From Candidatus Falkowbacteria bacterium (GTDB lineage Bacteria > Patescibacteriota > Patescibacteriia > Patescibacteriales > WJLG01), in the NCBI GenBank assembly GCA_963747695.1, contig CAVVFV010000012.1, positions 26,659-90,658 on the forward strand: a stretch of DNA of 64,000 nt. The letters run 5' to 3'. Numbering within the stretch: position 1 is the first letter of the stretch; each line of letters begins with the position of its first letter. Positions 30,532 to 41,063 of this stretch are shown in pieces. A program made the position numbers and the translations under genes. The notes below the pieces were generated by a model that had not been told where the DNA came from, did not search any database, and saw only the letters and a list, made by a program, of their open reading frames with translations.

Positions 30532-31647
30532 ATGCGCATTTTAAAGGCGGGAATCTTGATCTACGCGGCGTCGCTGATCGGCTGTTGCGGTCTGGCCCAA
30601 GTCAGGCTGCCGGAAAACCCGAAGATCGCGGCCTATTGGACTTCGCCGACGATGTCTCTGGAAGAAGCTGATTCGCTGGCCAAATTTCATCTGGTCATTG
30701 CCGATATGGAAAATATCGTCAACAATCGGCCAAGTCTGGTACAGTTGAAAAAGCGGAATCCCGAAGTGAAACTATTATGCTACTCCAATCCGATGGAGCT
30801 GTTCGAATTGAATGTCCTGGAAGCCGACCGGCCTTTGCAAAAAGAAGTTTATCAGGAGGTCGTCACCAACCGTTCCGGCTATTGGCTCTTGCAGCCATCC
30901 GGCGAACACGTGGTCTTCTGGAATCAGATGAAGATGATGAACTTGAGTACCAATTGCCCGGTCATCAACGGCGAAAAGTATAATCAGTTCATCGCGAAGT
31001 TTTTGCTGACCCGGGTTTTGAATGACAAGATCTGGGATGGCTACTTCGAAGACAACGCGACCGGGAATGTTTCCTGGATCGGTTCGCGCGGCGAGAACAA
31101 GGGCATTGATGCCGATAACGATAGCAGCAATGACGTTCCTGAAGTTCTTGATTCGGTTTGGTATGAAGGCGTGCACGAATTCATTTCGGCGATCCGCCAA
31201 GCCAAGGGTCCGAAATTTATTTTGATCGGGAACAAGGGTTCACGCGATTTCCTCGATGTCTTCGACGGGAAGATGTTCGAGGAGTTCCCTGATAATTATC
31301 TGGGAGATAAAAAGGCGAATGGCTGGTATCAGTGCGAAAGCAATTACCGCCAGACCGGACCATTTACGATCATCCAGGCCAAGCAGATCTGCAATGACCC
31401 GGCGCATCGGCTCTTCGTTCTGGCGAGCGCCTTGATGGGTGATGGTTATTACGCCTATGGCCAGGATTTATTCCGGTATTTTCCGGAATATAGCCGGGAC
31501 GTGGGCAAGCCGCTTGGTCCGCCGGAGGAAAAAGGATCATTTTGGGAGAGAAAATTCAGCAAAGCAAATGTGCGCGTGTTCCCCGAAGAAGAAAGGGGAG
31601 AAATAGAGTATCTGTCTGCTCCGCTGACCGATCTTTTCCAGAAGTAA
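30532..31647 (+). CDS. Putative secreted glycoside hydrolase (TIM-barrel, GHL15/GH114-like)
   Basis: LKKRNPEVKLLCY, WDGYFEDN, LIGN, DGKMFEEF; SD AAGGAGG; terminator 31654-31690. Confidence 0.7.
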   Translation: MRILKAGILIYAASLIGCCGLAQVRLPENPKIAAYWTSPTMSLEEADSLAKFHLVIADMENIVNNRPSLVQLKKRNPEVKLLCYSNPMELFELNVLEADRPLQKEVYQEVVTNRSGYWLLQPSGEHVVFWNQMKMMNLSTNCPVINGEKYNQFIAKFLLTRVLNDKIWDGYFEDNATGNVSWIGSRGENKGIDADNDSSNDVPEVLDSVWYEGVHEFISAIRQAKGPKFILIGNKGSRDFLDVFDGKMFEEFPDNYLGDKKANGWYQCESNYRQTGPFTIIQAKQICNDPAHRLFVLASALMGDGYYAYGQDLFRYFPEYSRDVGKPLGPPEEKGSFWERKFSKANVRVFPEEERGEIEYLSAPLTDLFQK

Positions 31648-31744
31648 TCTTCGGTGCCAGGCAGAGGAAATCCTCTGTCTGGCACTTTTTCATTTAAAAT
31701 TAGATATGTTATGATAATTAAAGCGGTCGTTTATTCATTAAAAA

Positions 31745-33160
31745 ATGCTTAATTTAAAATTACCAGAAAATAATAAAAATGTTGCCTGGCTGGTGATCGG
31801 CTGTTTGGCGGTTTTATTTTTGGCGGCGATGCTCTTGGCGCCCAGCCATCCGTCGCTGCTTTGGGTCATTGCCGTCCTCGGTTTTTTCGTCTTGCTTTGG
31901 AAAAAACCGCAATACGGTTTGTATCTGATGGCTTTTTTTCTGCCGGTTATCGGCTGGAATTTTAATTTTGTCGCGCTGAAAAATTTGGAAATTCCTTTCA
32001 TCGATCTGCTCTCGCTGGCCGTTTTCACCGCCTTTCTGCTCAAAACGCTTTATTTGTTGTTTTTCGACCGGAAAAAATTCCGTTTGAAATTTTCTTTATT
32101 GATCCCATTCTTATTTTTTTTCGCGAGCGTCACCGTTTCCAATCTTCTTTCCGATCAGGTGCTTTTGAACATCTGGTATTCGGTGCGCAATGTTTTGTTT
32201 TTTTATCTGATCTATCTGGTGATGCCGGTGAATATCATCAAGAATGAAAAGATTTTGAAAAATACTTTGCTCTGTTTCGCCGCTTCCGGCCTGGCTACCG
32301 CCGTGATGGGGGTGGTTTCCATCTTCGGCCAGGACTGGCATTATCAATTCGTCCGTTTTATGGATGTGCCGATTTTCGGGGTTTATCCGCTGGGCAATAA
32401 TCATAATCTCTTGGCGGAAGTTTTGATCGTGACGATATTTTTCACCCAAGCTTTGAAATATTGGTATCGCTCGGCTCGGGCCGGCCGCGTCATTAATCTC
32501 TTGTCGATATTTCAAGTTTTGGTTTTGTTGGGAACTTTTTCCCGCGCCGCCTGGATCGCCCTGGCCGCGCAGGTGATCCTTTTTCTGGCTTATACCGATA
32601 AAGCGACGCGCCGCCGCTGGCTGGTGGTTTTATTTTTTTGCGTCATCTTATTGTCGCCGCTGGCGCTTTATATGTACCGGCTGCAGAGTGAATTTTCGAT
32701 CGGCGGCAGCTCGACTGAGAATCGCCTGATTATGACGGAAATCGCTTGGGATAAATTCATTGAAAGGCCGATCTTCGGTTATGGGAGCGGCCAGTTCGTC
32801 AATCTGATCGGAGACGACATCCGCTTCATCGCCAAATACGGCGCGCCGCTTGATTCGCACGGCGTCTGGCAGAAGATCTTGGCTGAGAACGGTTTGTTCG
32901 GCGTTTTTACCTTTGCCTTATTTTTTGGCAGCATCCTGGTGGTCTTTCACCGGACGCTCCAGCGGAAATGGGCCGAGCGGGAATTGCTGCTGCCGATTTT
33001 TTTGGGCGGCGTGGGAATGTTCGTCATCCAATTTTTCAATACTTCTTATTATAAGGGAAAGTTATGGCTGCCCATCGCTTTAGGCTTGGCGGCGATCAGC
33101 CTGGCCCGCGAAAAAGCCCGGGCGAAAAATAAGAGCCAGCTTGATAAATTGCTTTCTTGA
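31745..33160 (+). CDS. O-antigen ligase/Wzy-like membrane protein
   Basis: Polytopic; TFSRAAW, RPIFGYGSGQF, H-x4-ILAENG. Confidence 0.85.
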   Translation: MLNLKLPENNKNVAWLVIGCLAVLFLAAMLLAPSHPSLLWVIAVLGFFVLLWKKPQYGLYLMAFFLPVIGWNFNFVALKNLEIPFIDLLSLAVFTAFLLKTLYLLFFDRKKFRLKFSLLIPFLFFFASVTVSNLLSDQVLLNIWYSVRNVLFFYLIYLVMPVNIIKNEKILKNTLLCFAASGLATAVMGVVSIFGQDWHYQFVRFMDVPIFGVYPLGNNHNLLAEVLIVTIFFTQALKYWYRSARAGRVINLLSIFQVLVLLGTFSRAAWIALAAQVILFLAYTDKATRRRWLVVLFFCVILLSPLALYMYRLQSEFSIGGSSTENRLIMTEIAWDKFIERPIFGYGSGQFVNLIGDDIRFIAKYGAPLDSHGVWQKILAENGLFGVFTFALFFGSILVVFHRTLQRKWAERELLLPIFLGGVGMFVIQFFNTSYYKGKLWLPIALGLAAISLAREKARAKNKSQLDKLLS

Positions 33161-33166
33161 GCTAAT

Positions 33167-34255
33167 ATGAATAAAGTTAAAGTTTTGCATATTATTCATG
33201 CTCTTCATGGCGGCGGCGCCGAAAGATTCGCCGTGGCTTTGGTGAAAAATTTGGATCGCGATAAATTCGAAGCCGAGGTGGTCTGCTTGCGCGATGAAGG
33301 TAATTGGCGGAAAGAATTAAATGACCGGGGAATAAAAATCACGGTGCTGGGCGGCATCCGCGGCTTATCTTTTTTGAGTTTTTTCAAATTATGGCGGGCG
33401 GTGAAAAATTCCGCTCCCGCCATCGTCCATACTCATCTTTTCTGGGGGGATTTTTTCGGCCGGATCGCGGCGAAACTGGCCGGCGTCAAAATCATCGTTT
33501 CCACCGAACAGAATCTTAATTATTCCGAAGGATTGCTGAAGCGGCTGGGTAAGATGATGACCGCCCGGTTAGCGAACGTTATTGTCGCTATTTCGCTCGC
33601 GGTAAAGAATTATGCTATGCAGAACGAAGGAGCGAAAGAAAAACAGATCGTCATAATCCCCAATGGCTTGGAAGTTGAAAAGTTTTTGAATAATTCCCGC
33701 GCTTACGATCAAGATAACCGCGAGTTGCTGATCGGTTCGATCGGCCGCCTGGTTCGGCAAAAAGGTTTTGATTGTTTGATCAGGGCGATGGCCGGAGTTT
33801 CCGGTCAAGTAAAATGCCTAATCGCCGGCGAGGGGGAAAAGAGAACTGAATTGCAAAAATTAATCGACCGATTAAAACTGGCCGAAAAAGCCAAGTTGGT
33901 CGGCTGGCAGGATGATGTCAAAAAATTCCTCGACGGATTGGATATTTTCGTTCTGCCGTCGCGCTGGGAAGGATTGGGAATGGTTATTTTGGAAGCCGGA
34001 CTGGCCGGGTTGCCGGTGATCGGCAGCAAGGTCGATGGCATTGCCGAAATCATCGCTGACGGCGAAGATGGATTATTGTTTGAGTCGGGAAATGCCGCTG
34101 AGCTGGCCGAAAAAATAAAAAGTTTGCGGGACGATCAATCGGAACGGATGCGCTTGGGGAAAAATCTTCAGAAAAAAGTCGCGGCGGATTATTCCATTGA
34201 GCGGATCACACGGCAGTATGAAGCGTTATATTTTAAGATTTTGGGCAGCCGATAA
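33167..34255 (+). CDS. Glycosyltransferase family 4
   Basis: GGAER, IVHTH, GRLVRQKG, FVLPSRWEGLGMVILEA. Confidence 0.93.
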   Translation: MNKVKVLHIIHALHGGGAERFAVALVKNLDRDKFEAEVVCLRDEGNWRKELNDRGIKITVLGGIRGLSFLSFFKLWRAVKNSAPAIVHTHLFWGDFFGRIAAKLAGVKIIVSTEQNLNYSEGLLKRLGKMMTARLANVIVAISLAVKNYAMQNEGAKEKQIVIIPNGLEVEKFLNNSRAYDQDNRELLIGSIGRLVRQKGFDCLIRAMAGVSGQVKCLIAGEGEKRTELQKLIDRLKLAEKAKLVGWQDDVKKFLDGLDIFVLPSRWEGLGMVILEAGLAGLPVIGSKVDGIAEIIADGEDGLLFESGNAAELAEKIKSLRDDQSERMRLGKNLQKKVAADYSIERITRQYEALYFKILGSR

Positions 34256-34261
34256 TCATTT

Positions 34262-35494
34262 ATGAAAATTCTCTTGATAAATAAATTTCATTATTGCCGC
34301 GGCGGAGCCGAGCGGGCGTATTTTGATCTGGCCAAAATTTTAACCGATCACGGCCACGAAGTCGCATTTTTTTCGATGCGGCACCCGTTGAACCTGCCGA
34401 CCAAATGGTCAAAATATTTCATTGACAACGTCGATTATTTCGACCAGAAGTTGAGTTGGGGAAAAAAGATAATCGCCGTATTTAATTTTTGGTATAATTT
34501 CCAGGCGGCGCGAAGACTGCGCGCCTTATTGAAAGAATTCCGGCCCGACGTCGCCCATCTCCATAACATCTATCATCAGCTTTCGCCTTCGATAATCGAC
34601 GTGCTCGCCCGCGAGAAGATCCCGATGGTCATGACTTTGCACGATTATAAGCTGGTCAGCCCTAACTATAAATTGCTGGCGCGGGGCGAAGTTTGGGAAA
34701 GAAGCAAGCCGGATAAGTTTTATCGCTGCCTGATTGATAAGTGCGTGGAAGACAGCTATGCCTGGAGTTTGATCTGCACGATTGAAGCTTATCTGCACCG
34801 GCTGCTGAAGATTTATCAAAAAATCAACCTGTTTATTTCACCAAGCAAATTTTTACAGGATAAATTCAAAGAATACCGGTTCCGGTCCGAGATCGTTTAT
34901 CTGCCCAATCCGATTTTTTTGGATCAGTCGACGTTAAGCGGCGGCCAACCGGACGGAGATAAATATATTTTATATTTTGGACGATTGAGCCGCGAAAAGG
35001 GGATCGTCGATCTGTTGCGCGCCCACAGCCGGCTGGAGACAAAAATCAAGCTGAAGATCGTCGGCGCCGGTCCGCAAATGGCGGAGCTGCAAAAAATAGT
35101 CGCTGAGGAAAAATTTTCCCACGTCGAATTATTAGGATATCAGGCCGGCGACGAACTTTGGCGGCAAGTCCGCGGCGCTGAAACCGTGATCGTTCCGTCG
35201 CGCTGGTACGAGAACGCGCCTTATAGCGTGATCGAAGCTATGGCGATGGGGAAGGTTGTCATCGCCTCCAATTTTGGCGGACTGACCGAATTGATCGACG
35301 ACGGGACAACCGGTTTTCTTTTTAAGCCGGGCGATGTCGCTGATTTGCAAACTAAAATAGATTTTATTTTATCTCATCCGGAATTGAAAGAATCGATCGG
35401 CGCCCGCGCGGCGGCGGCGGTCAAAGCGAAAAATGATCCGGAAATATTCTATCAAGCCGTCTTGGCTCTCTATCAGCGGCTCGCCAAAGTGTAA
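34262..35494 (+). CDS. Glycosyltransferase family 4
   Basis: GGAER, HLHNIYHQLS, GRLSREKG, PSRWYENAPYSVIEA. Confidence 0.93.
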   Translation: MKILLINKFHYCRGGAERAYFDLAKILTDHGHEVAFFSMRHPLNLPTKWSKYFIDNVDYFDQKLSWGKKIIAVFNFWYNFQAARRLRALLKEFRPDVAHLHNIYHQLSPSIIDVLAREKIPMVMTLHDYKLVSPNYKLLARGEVWERSKPDKFYRCLIDKCVEDSYAWSLICTIEAYLHRLLKIYQKINLFISPSKFLQDKFKEYRFRSEIVYLPNPIFLDQSTLSGGQPDGDKYILYFGRLSREKGIVDLLRAHSRLETKIKLKIVGAGPQMAELQKIVAEEKFSHVELLGYQAGDELWRQVRGAETVIVPSRWYENAPYSVIEAMAMGKVVIASNFGGLTELIDDGTTGFLFKPGDVADLQTKIDFILSHPELKESIGARAAAAVKAKNDPEIFYQAVLALYQRLAKV

Positions 35495-35705
35495 TTTTTA
35501 TAATTTTTTGCCGTTTAAGTTAAGGGTTGGCAGTGCGGCGAAGAGTTGGTAAAGAAGCTTTAAAATGTTGTTAAATTTGGCTAATCAAGGCCAATTTTTT
35601 GGAGTATTAATCCAACGCCCAAAAAGCATTGACATTTATTATCATTTATGCTACTATCATAGGATTATCTAATTTATATTTATTATTTAAAAGACCATAC
35701 AATCT

Positions 35706-36974
35706 ATGAAAAAAGTTTTGATTATCGCTGTTTTGTTCGCCGTTTTGGGTGCTGCGCTTTTGATGCAGCCGACTGCCGGCAAAACCAAACCTTATTACTC
35801 CGGCAAGACCGTGAGTTATAACGGAACGTTTTATGTCGGTACCGTCAACACCGGCAACTTTGAGCTGTTCGCTTTAACCAATGGCCAGCTCGCTAAGGTG
35901 ACTTCCATTCAATCGCTCGATATGGGCTACCAGAATTTTGGCGATCTGCTTTTTGATCAAGCCGACGGCAATCTTTACGTCTATCTGGTCAATGGCCGTT
36001 ACTTGTACAAGTATGACATTTCCAATCCGGAAATTCCGGCGGTTTTGTTCAAGATCAAAGACAATTCCGGAGATTGGTTCGCCCGCGTCGAAATGGTCAA
36101 TGGTAATCTGGTTACCATCGGCAGCAAGGGCATCAAGGTCTGGAACCAGAATATGCAGGTCATCAATGCTTACGCGATGATCAACAATATGTCTTCCGGA
36201 GATTCCCAATTCGTCGATAATGGACAAATGCTTATCTCGATGAACGATAAATTGGATGTTTACAATACCGCTTCCCGCCAAAAAGTTTCCGAGTATTCCA
36301 TCGCTACGACTGATGCCAACACCACCCGGGCGATCACCAGCGATGATAATCTGATCTATCTGGTCGATGACCAGTCCTTGAAGGCGGTTAATTTTTCGGG
36401 ACAGGTCGTGAATCAATTCACCCATGCCGGGACGACCGGCTATGACGTGATCGATTCGACCGACCCCAATTATCTTTATTTCTCCGACGGTCTCGGTATC
36501 GTCAAAGTCGATAAGGAAACCCTTAAGCCCGTTAGCTGGGATTGGACCACGAACTCCGGTCCGGCCGGAAGCTGGGCGATGGGAATCAGCTCCGCCAATG
36601 ATACCACTGGCGAAAAGATCGCGATCTTCAACGGTTCGAATATCATGGTACTTGATCAAAATATGAAGACCGTCGCCACTTACCAATCAGTGGAAAAAGA
36701 TACCCGTCCTGCTGCTCCGTTAAGCTTGAACATCGACCGGAATTTCGCCGCGGCTAATTCACAGGTCAATATCAGCGGCACCGGTTTCGCCCTGGGTGAA
36801 GCTTTGCAGGTCAAATTCGACAAGATAGTAGTTGCTGAAGTCAAAGCCGACGATAGCGGCAGTTTTACCGCCGTGATCACGGTTCCGAATGTTAAAGGTC
36901 CGCTCAATACTGATATCAAGGTCACGGGTGAAAGCTCCAAACTGACCTACAGCACTTCATTCAAAATTGAATAA
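35706..36974 (+). CDS. Secreted beta-propeller plus Ig-like protein (no SD)
   Basis: Signal/anchor helix, LVIVD-like repeats (LYKYDISNP), C-terminal ISGTGFALGE...ADDSGSF Ig module; promoter 35629-35657. Confidence 0.75.
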   Translation: MKKVLIIAVLFAVLGAALLMQPTAGKTKPYYSGKTVSYNGTFYVGTVNTGNFELFALTNGQLAKVTSIQSLDMGYQNFGDLLFDQADGNLYVYLVNGRYLYKYDISNPEIPAVLFKIKDNSGDWFARVEMVNGNLVTIGSKGIKVWNQNMQVINAYAMINNMSSGDSQFVDNGQMLISMNDKLDVYNTASRQKVSEYSIATTDANTTRAITSDDNLIYLVDDQSLKAVNFSGQVVNQFTHAGTTGYDVIDSTDPNYLYFSDGLGIVKVDKETLKPVSWDWTTNSGPAGSWAMGISSANDTTGEKIAIFNGSNIMVLDQNMKTVATYQSVEKDTRPAAPLSLNIDRNFAAANSQVNISGTGFALGEALQVKFDKIVVAEVKADDSGSFTAVITVPNVKGPLNTDIKVTGESSKLTYSTSFKIE

Positions 36975-37042
36975 TATTTTTCAAGTTCTTATAAATTTCT
37001 CATCTGTCCGCGGACAGGTGGGAAATAATAAGAAAATTGAAT

Positions 37043-37118
37043 AATAGTTACTTAGTTGTCTTGCTGGCCAAGATAAATCGAATCCCAAACTAATTAACCA
37101 ATTAACTAATTCACTAAT
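37043..37118. repeat. Inverted 8-mer arms (TTAGTT family)
   Basis: aatagttac ttagttg ... aactaatt aaccaatt aactaatt cactaat, ending just before the GT4 ATG. Confidence 0.65.
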
Positions 37119-37121
37119 ATA

Positions 37122-38294
37122 ATGAAAATCGCCATAATCGGACAAAAAGGAATTCCCAGCCGTTCGGGCGGGATCGAAAAACACGTGGAAGATCTGTCGG
37201 TCCGCTTGGTTAAGGCTGGTCATGAAGTTTATGTCTATACCCGTCCCAATTATACCGATAAAAATTTGCAAGAATTCCAAGGCGTGAAATTAGTGTCATT
37301 GCCTTCGATCGCTACCAAGCATTTGGACGCGATCTCTCATACTTTTCTGGCTTGTCTCGATGTTGCCAAACGGGATGTCGATGTGATCCATTTCCATTCC
37401 ATCGGTCCGTCGTCCTTAATTTGGCTGATGAAAATTTTGAAACCGGGCGTGCCGATTGTCGCGACTTATCACAGCCCTTGCTATAAGCATCAGAAATGGG
37501 GACTGTTCGCCAAAGCTTATCTTAAATTCGGCGAATTTTTCGCTTGCCGCGTGGCCGATAAGACCATCGCTGTCTCTAAAGTTTTGAAAGAATTCGCCGC
37601 CAAGCAATACGGCCGCGTTCCCGAATATATTCCCAATGGCGTGGTGGAAGGAAACAATACCGCGGCTAAGAATATCAAATATTTCGGTCTGAAGAAAGAC
37701 GGCTACATTCTCGCCGTGGGCCGGTTAGTGAAGCACAAGGGTTTTGAATATTTAATTAAAGCTTTCCGCAACGTGAAAACCGACAAGAAATTGGTCATCG
37801 CCGGCGGCAGCGCTTTCACGGATAAATATGTTCGCCGTCTGCAGGATTTGGCGGCCGGCGATAAGCGGATCGTTTTTACCGGCGCGCAGACCGGCCGGAC
37901 TTTGGCGGAACTTTTTTCCAACGCCTATCTTTTCGTCCAGCCGTCCGAATCGGAAGGCTTGTCGATCGCTTTGCTGGAAGCGATGGCTTACGGCAAGGCC
38001 ACTTTGGTTTCGGATATCCCGGCCAACCGCGAGGCGATTTCTTACACCGGTTATACTTTCCGCAATATGAATGTCGCCGATCTGACCGGCAAATTGAACG
38101 GCTTGTTGCGCAATCCGGAAATCGTCAGCGCCATGGGTGAGATGCAGAAAAAAAGAGTGTTGAAAGAGTATGATTGGGAAGCGATCGTTCGGAGTACTGA
38201 AAAAGTTTATCATGCCGCGCTGCAGAAAAAACCGGTAGTGATCAAAGTCCGCAAGCTGAAATTCGCGCAAAGATTTTTGAATATATTCTTTTAA
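37122..38294 (+). CDS. Glycosyltransferase family 4
   Basis: IGQKGIPSRSGGIE, GRLVKHKG, PSESEGLSIALLEAM. Confidence 0.93.
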   Translation: MKIAIIGQKGIPSRSGGIEKHVEDLSVRLVKAGHEVYVYTRPNYTDKNLQEFQGVKLVSLPSIATKHLDAISHTFLACLDVAKRDVDVIHFHSIGPSSLIWLMKILKPGVPIVATYHSPCYKHQKWGLFAKAYLKFGEFFACRVADKTIAVSKVLKEFAAKQYGRVPEYIPNGVVEGNNTAAKNIKYFGLKKDGYILAVGRLVKHKGFEYLIKAFRNVKTDKKLVIAGGSAFTDKYVRRLQDLAAGDKRIVFTGAQTGRTLAELFSNAYLFVQPSESEGLSIALLEAMAYGKATLVSDIPANREAISYTGYTFRNMNVADLTGKLNGLLRNPEIVSAMGEMQKKRVLKEYDWEAIVRSTEKVYHAALQKKPVVIKVRKLKFAQRFLNIFF

Positions 38295-38446
38295 TATCGT
38301 CACTCATTCTCAACCGCCGGTAAAACGGTTGAAAGATGAGCCGGAGATGTTTTCAGCGTAAAATATTTCCGGCCCATCTTCCCGAAACCAAAGGGATCAA
38401 TGGATGTCCTTATTCAACTTATCCACCTTTTAGAAAGGGGGGCTCA

Positions 38447-39772
38447 ATGAGCTCCAAGCGCGTTTTGTTTCTGTTGTCGGCTTTTGCCGTGATGGTCATG
38501 TGGGGATGCTCAAGCATGCCCGCTCCGACCCAAGTGAAATCCCAGGATGGGAATTCCGGCTTCGTGATGTCCGCCGCCCTGACTCCGGGCGCGGCTCTCA
38601 CTCCCGCCAGCGCCACCGACACTTTTCCCGTCGGCGCGATGGTCAACTACGGAATCATCGATCAGCGACCCGATTCCGTTAAGATCAAGAATCCCGTGGT
38701 AAGCACTACGTGGTATTACTACGGCATCACGACGATGAACACCGATAGCTCGAAATTCGGGCCCGGTCTCACCGAAGGAATGCACCGGTATCTGATCGCG
38801 GAAACCATCAATGTCACCGCTTTCGTCGCTCTGCAATCCGGCCAGTCGGTTCCCGTGTACCATGAGATAGTTTTCATCATGGGCGTGGGCGTAATTACGC
38901 TGAGCCAGGACTCATTGCTTGTCGTCAATCAGGGAACTCCCGTCGCCGGCCAAACGAATACCTATTCGGTGCCGCTGATGGTGGAGATGGCCAATGTTTC
39001 GAACATTGCCAGCCCCAGTCCCTTCATGTGCGGACCGACGAACTATCTCTGGCAGTGGGCGAATACTACGCTCCTTGCCGGCGCCAGCAAGACCGCGAAT
39101 GGAAAATTTGCCATCGTGACCAGCAATCTGGTCGGCGGACAAATTTACGTCGTCGATCTCGGCAAGAAGTTCATTCTGGCTGACAAAGGCGGCTCCACCT
39201 GGATGCTCCCGTCGGAAATGATGTACAACCGTTACTATGTCGATACGCTGCATCAGAAAGACGGATCAATCGCGACTCATCTGCTCGCCTTCTATCTCGG
39301 TTACAATGGAACATCGTATCGCGTGGATTCGATTCCCGCCGATTCCGGAGTAGCGCCGGTCATTGTGGACACGACGATCGTCGGTGTCTATGGCGACCCC
39401 TATCCCAACTGGCGGAACCGGTTCACGGACATTGGAACCGACAGTGCGATCGAGTACTGCAATTTCAACGGCCTCGCGGACACGACGTCGGTGATGAACC
39501 TGAATTCCAATATTTCGGGTAAAGCCACCGTCGCGTTGACCCAGGTTGCCGGCAAGAAGATCGGTTGGACCAAAGTGGCTAAGAGCGATATTCCGGCCAT
39601 CGGCTATCTTTGGACTTACGGACGCGGGGCAGTGGTTGACACGGCCTTTATGTCGGTAAGTACCTACTGGTCATCGACTCAGGGCGCCGACTGGGCTGTC
39701 TGGAAGACGATCGGCCTTTCCAAAAAGCTGGCCGGTTCTGTCTCCGGTTCGCTCAAGCCCGCCGGTAGGTGA
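38447..39772 (+). CDS. Putative lipoprotein (SD-led), paralog of 40002
   Basis: Start at ATG 38447 after AAGGGGGG; lipobox-like MWGC; terminator 39796-39837. Confidence 0.75.
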   Translation: MSSKRVLFLLSAFAVMVMWGCSSMPAPTQVKSQDGNSGFVMSAALTPGAALTPASATDTFPVGAMVNYGIIDQRPDSVKIKNPVVSTTWYYYGITTMNTDSSKFGPGLTEGMHRYLIAETINVTAFVALQSGQSVPVYHEIVFIMGVGVITLSQDSLLVVNQGTPVAGQTNTYSVPLMVEMANVSNIASPSPFMCGPTNYLWQWANTTLLAGASKTANGKFAIVTSNLVGGQIYVVDLGKKFILADKGGSTWMLPSEMMYNRYYVDTLHQKDGSIATHLLAFYLGYNGTSYRVDSIPADSGVAPVIVDTTIVGVYGDPYPNWRNRFTDIGTDSAIEYCNFNGLADTTSVMNLNSNISGKATVALTQVAGKKIGWTKVAKSDIPAIGYLWTYGRGAVVDTAFMSVSTYWSSTQGADWAVWKTIGLSKKLAGSVSGSLKPAGR

Positions 39773-40001
39773 TTCAAGAAGTCAAGTAAGCACACATACC
39801 CTTTTTTCAGATTTTTCTGAAACGAGGGTATTTTTTTAATATTAAATTAATTTTATCTCATAATTGACAAAAAAATCAGGCAATGCGATAATTGCCTGTT
39901 AATCGATTTTAAAGAATGAATTCGTTATTTATCAGTAATTTCATTATTGTTTTTAAAAATAAGCGGTACATTCACACTAACATTTTTCCCAAGGAGGCCT
40001 T

Positions 40002-40925
40002 ATGAGGTCGACGTTGTTCATCTCGTCGGTTCTGGTACTACTGGTCGGTTCCTTGCTGCTTTGTTCCAAAAAACCGGCGCCGACGCAACCGGCCGGAACC
40101 GAGCCGCAGGATTCATTGCTCCTAGTGTTCAATGGCACGCCCATTCCCGGTGACGACAGTCTTTTTTTAGTGCCGATCTGGGTGAGAATCGCCAATGTGG
40201 CAGGCAAGGATCCGTTTATGAAGGGGCCGACGTCAAGCGATTGGTCGGGGCATATTTCTCTGTTCGCGGTGGACAAGAATTCGAGCGGCAGCCATTATGT
40301 CGTTTACCGTACTTTGCCGCCCGGGGATTACCAGGTTGATTTGGGCAAAGACTGGGGAGCCAACGATTGGCTCGACACGGTCGAACAAGCCGGCTGCCAA
40401 TATTATGATTCGCTGGGCAACGGGATGAAGTGGCGGGTGATGTCTGACGGTTCGGTGCTAACTTGGAGAAATGCCATTCCGTCGTTTGACACCGGTCATC
40501 TGGTTCCCCCTTATCCCGACTCGCTTTATCCGGCGGGGTATGGCGATGCGGGCATAAACTGGCGGACTCGTTTCCGCGACATCATTCACGGCAACGGTCG
40601 GGACAGCGAGATGATTTTTGGCAATTTTGCCGGCTTAGGCAATGAAAATTTGCCGATGCGGATGCAGACTAATATCACCGGCAAGCCGCTGATCAATCTG
40701 TCGGCCTATTCTTCGTCGGTGGGCTACACGATCATCGCCGTCGCGGATATTCCCGATCTTGGTTTGATCTGGACCTATGGCCGGGGAAATATTATCAATA
40801 ATGATTTCCTCTCCCTCGGCAAATACTGGTCAACAAGTCAAAACGCTTTCTGGGCGGTTTGGAAATTCGTCAGCCTGGCAAAGATGACAGCGGCTGGAAA
40901 TCATTTCGCTCCGGCTGGCCGATAA
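40002..40925 (+). CDS. Putative lipoprotein (SD-led), paralog of 38447
   Basis: SD AAGGAGG; signal ...LLLC-SKK; shares PFMxGPT, VDLGK, WTYGRG, WAVWK and terminal PAGR; promoter 39864-39892; terminator 40950-40980. Confidence 0.75.
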   Translation: MRSTLFISSVLVLLVGSLLLCSKKPAPTQPAGTEPQDSLLLVFNGTPIPGDDSLFLVPIWVRIANVAGKDPFMKGPTSSDWSGHISLFAVDKNSSGSHYVVYRTLPPGDYQVDLGKDWGANDWLDTVEQAGCQYYDSLGNGMKWRVMSDGSVLTWRNAIPSFDTGHLVPPYPDSLYPAGYGDAGINWRTRFRDIIHGNGRDSEMIFGNFAGLGNENLPMRMQTNITGKPLINLSAYSSSVGYTIIAVADIPDLGLIWTYGRGNIINNDFLSLGKYWSTSQNAFWAVWKFVSLAKMTAAGNHFAPAGR

Positions 40926-41063
40926 AAGATCTTTTTTTGTAGTAAGCGGCTCCGTTGGACTTAGGTTCAACGGAGTTTTTCTTTACAAAAAAATCCAATC
41001 TTGTTATATTGCTATATTGTAAGATTGCCGGGCTATGGAAAGAAGCGGAGTAAAATATTATTT

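Noticed and set aside
24288-40925. Integron cassette array
   Set aside because: No integrase and no recurring attC (RYYYAAC...GTTRRRY) structure. The genes have their own promoters and terminators.
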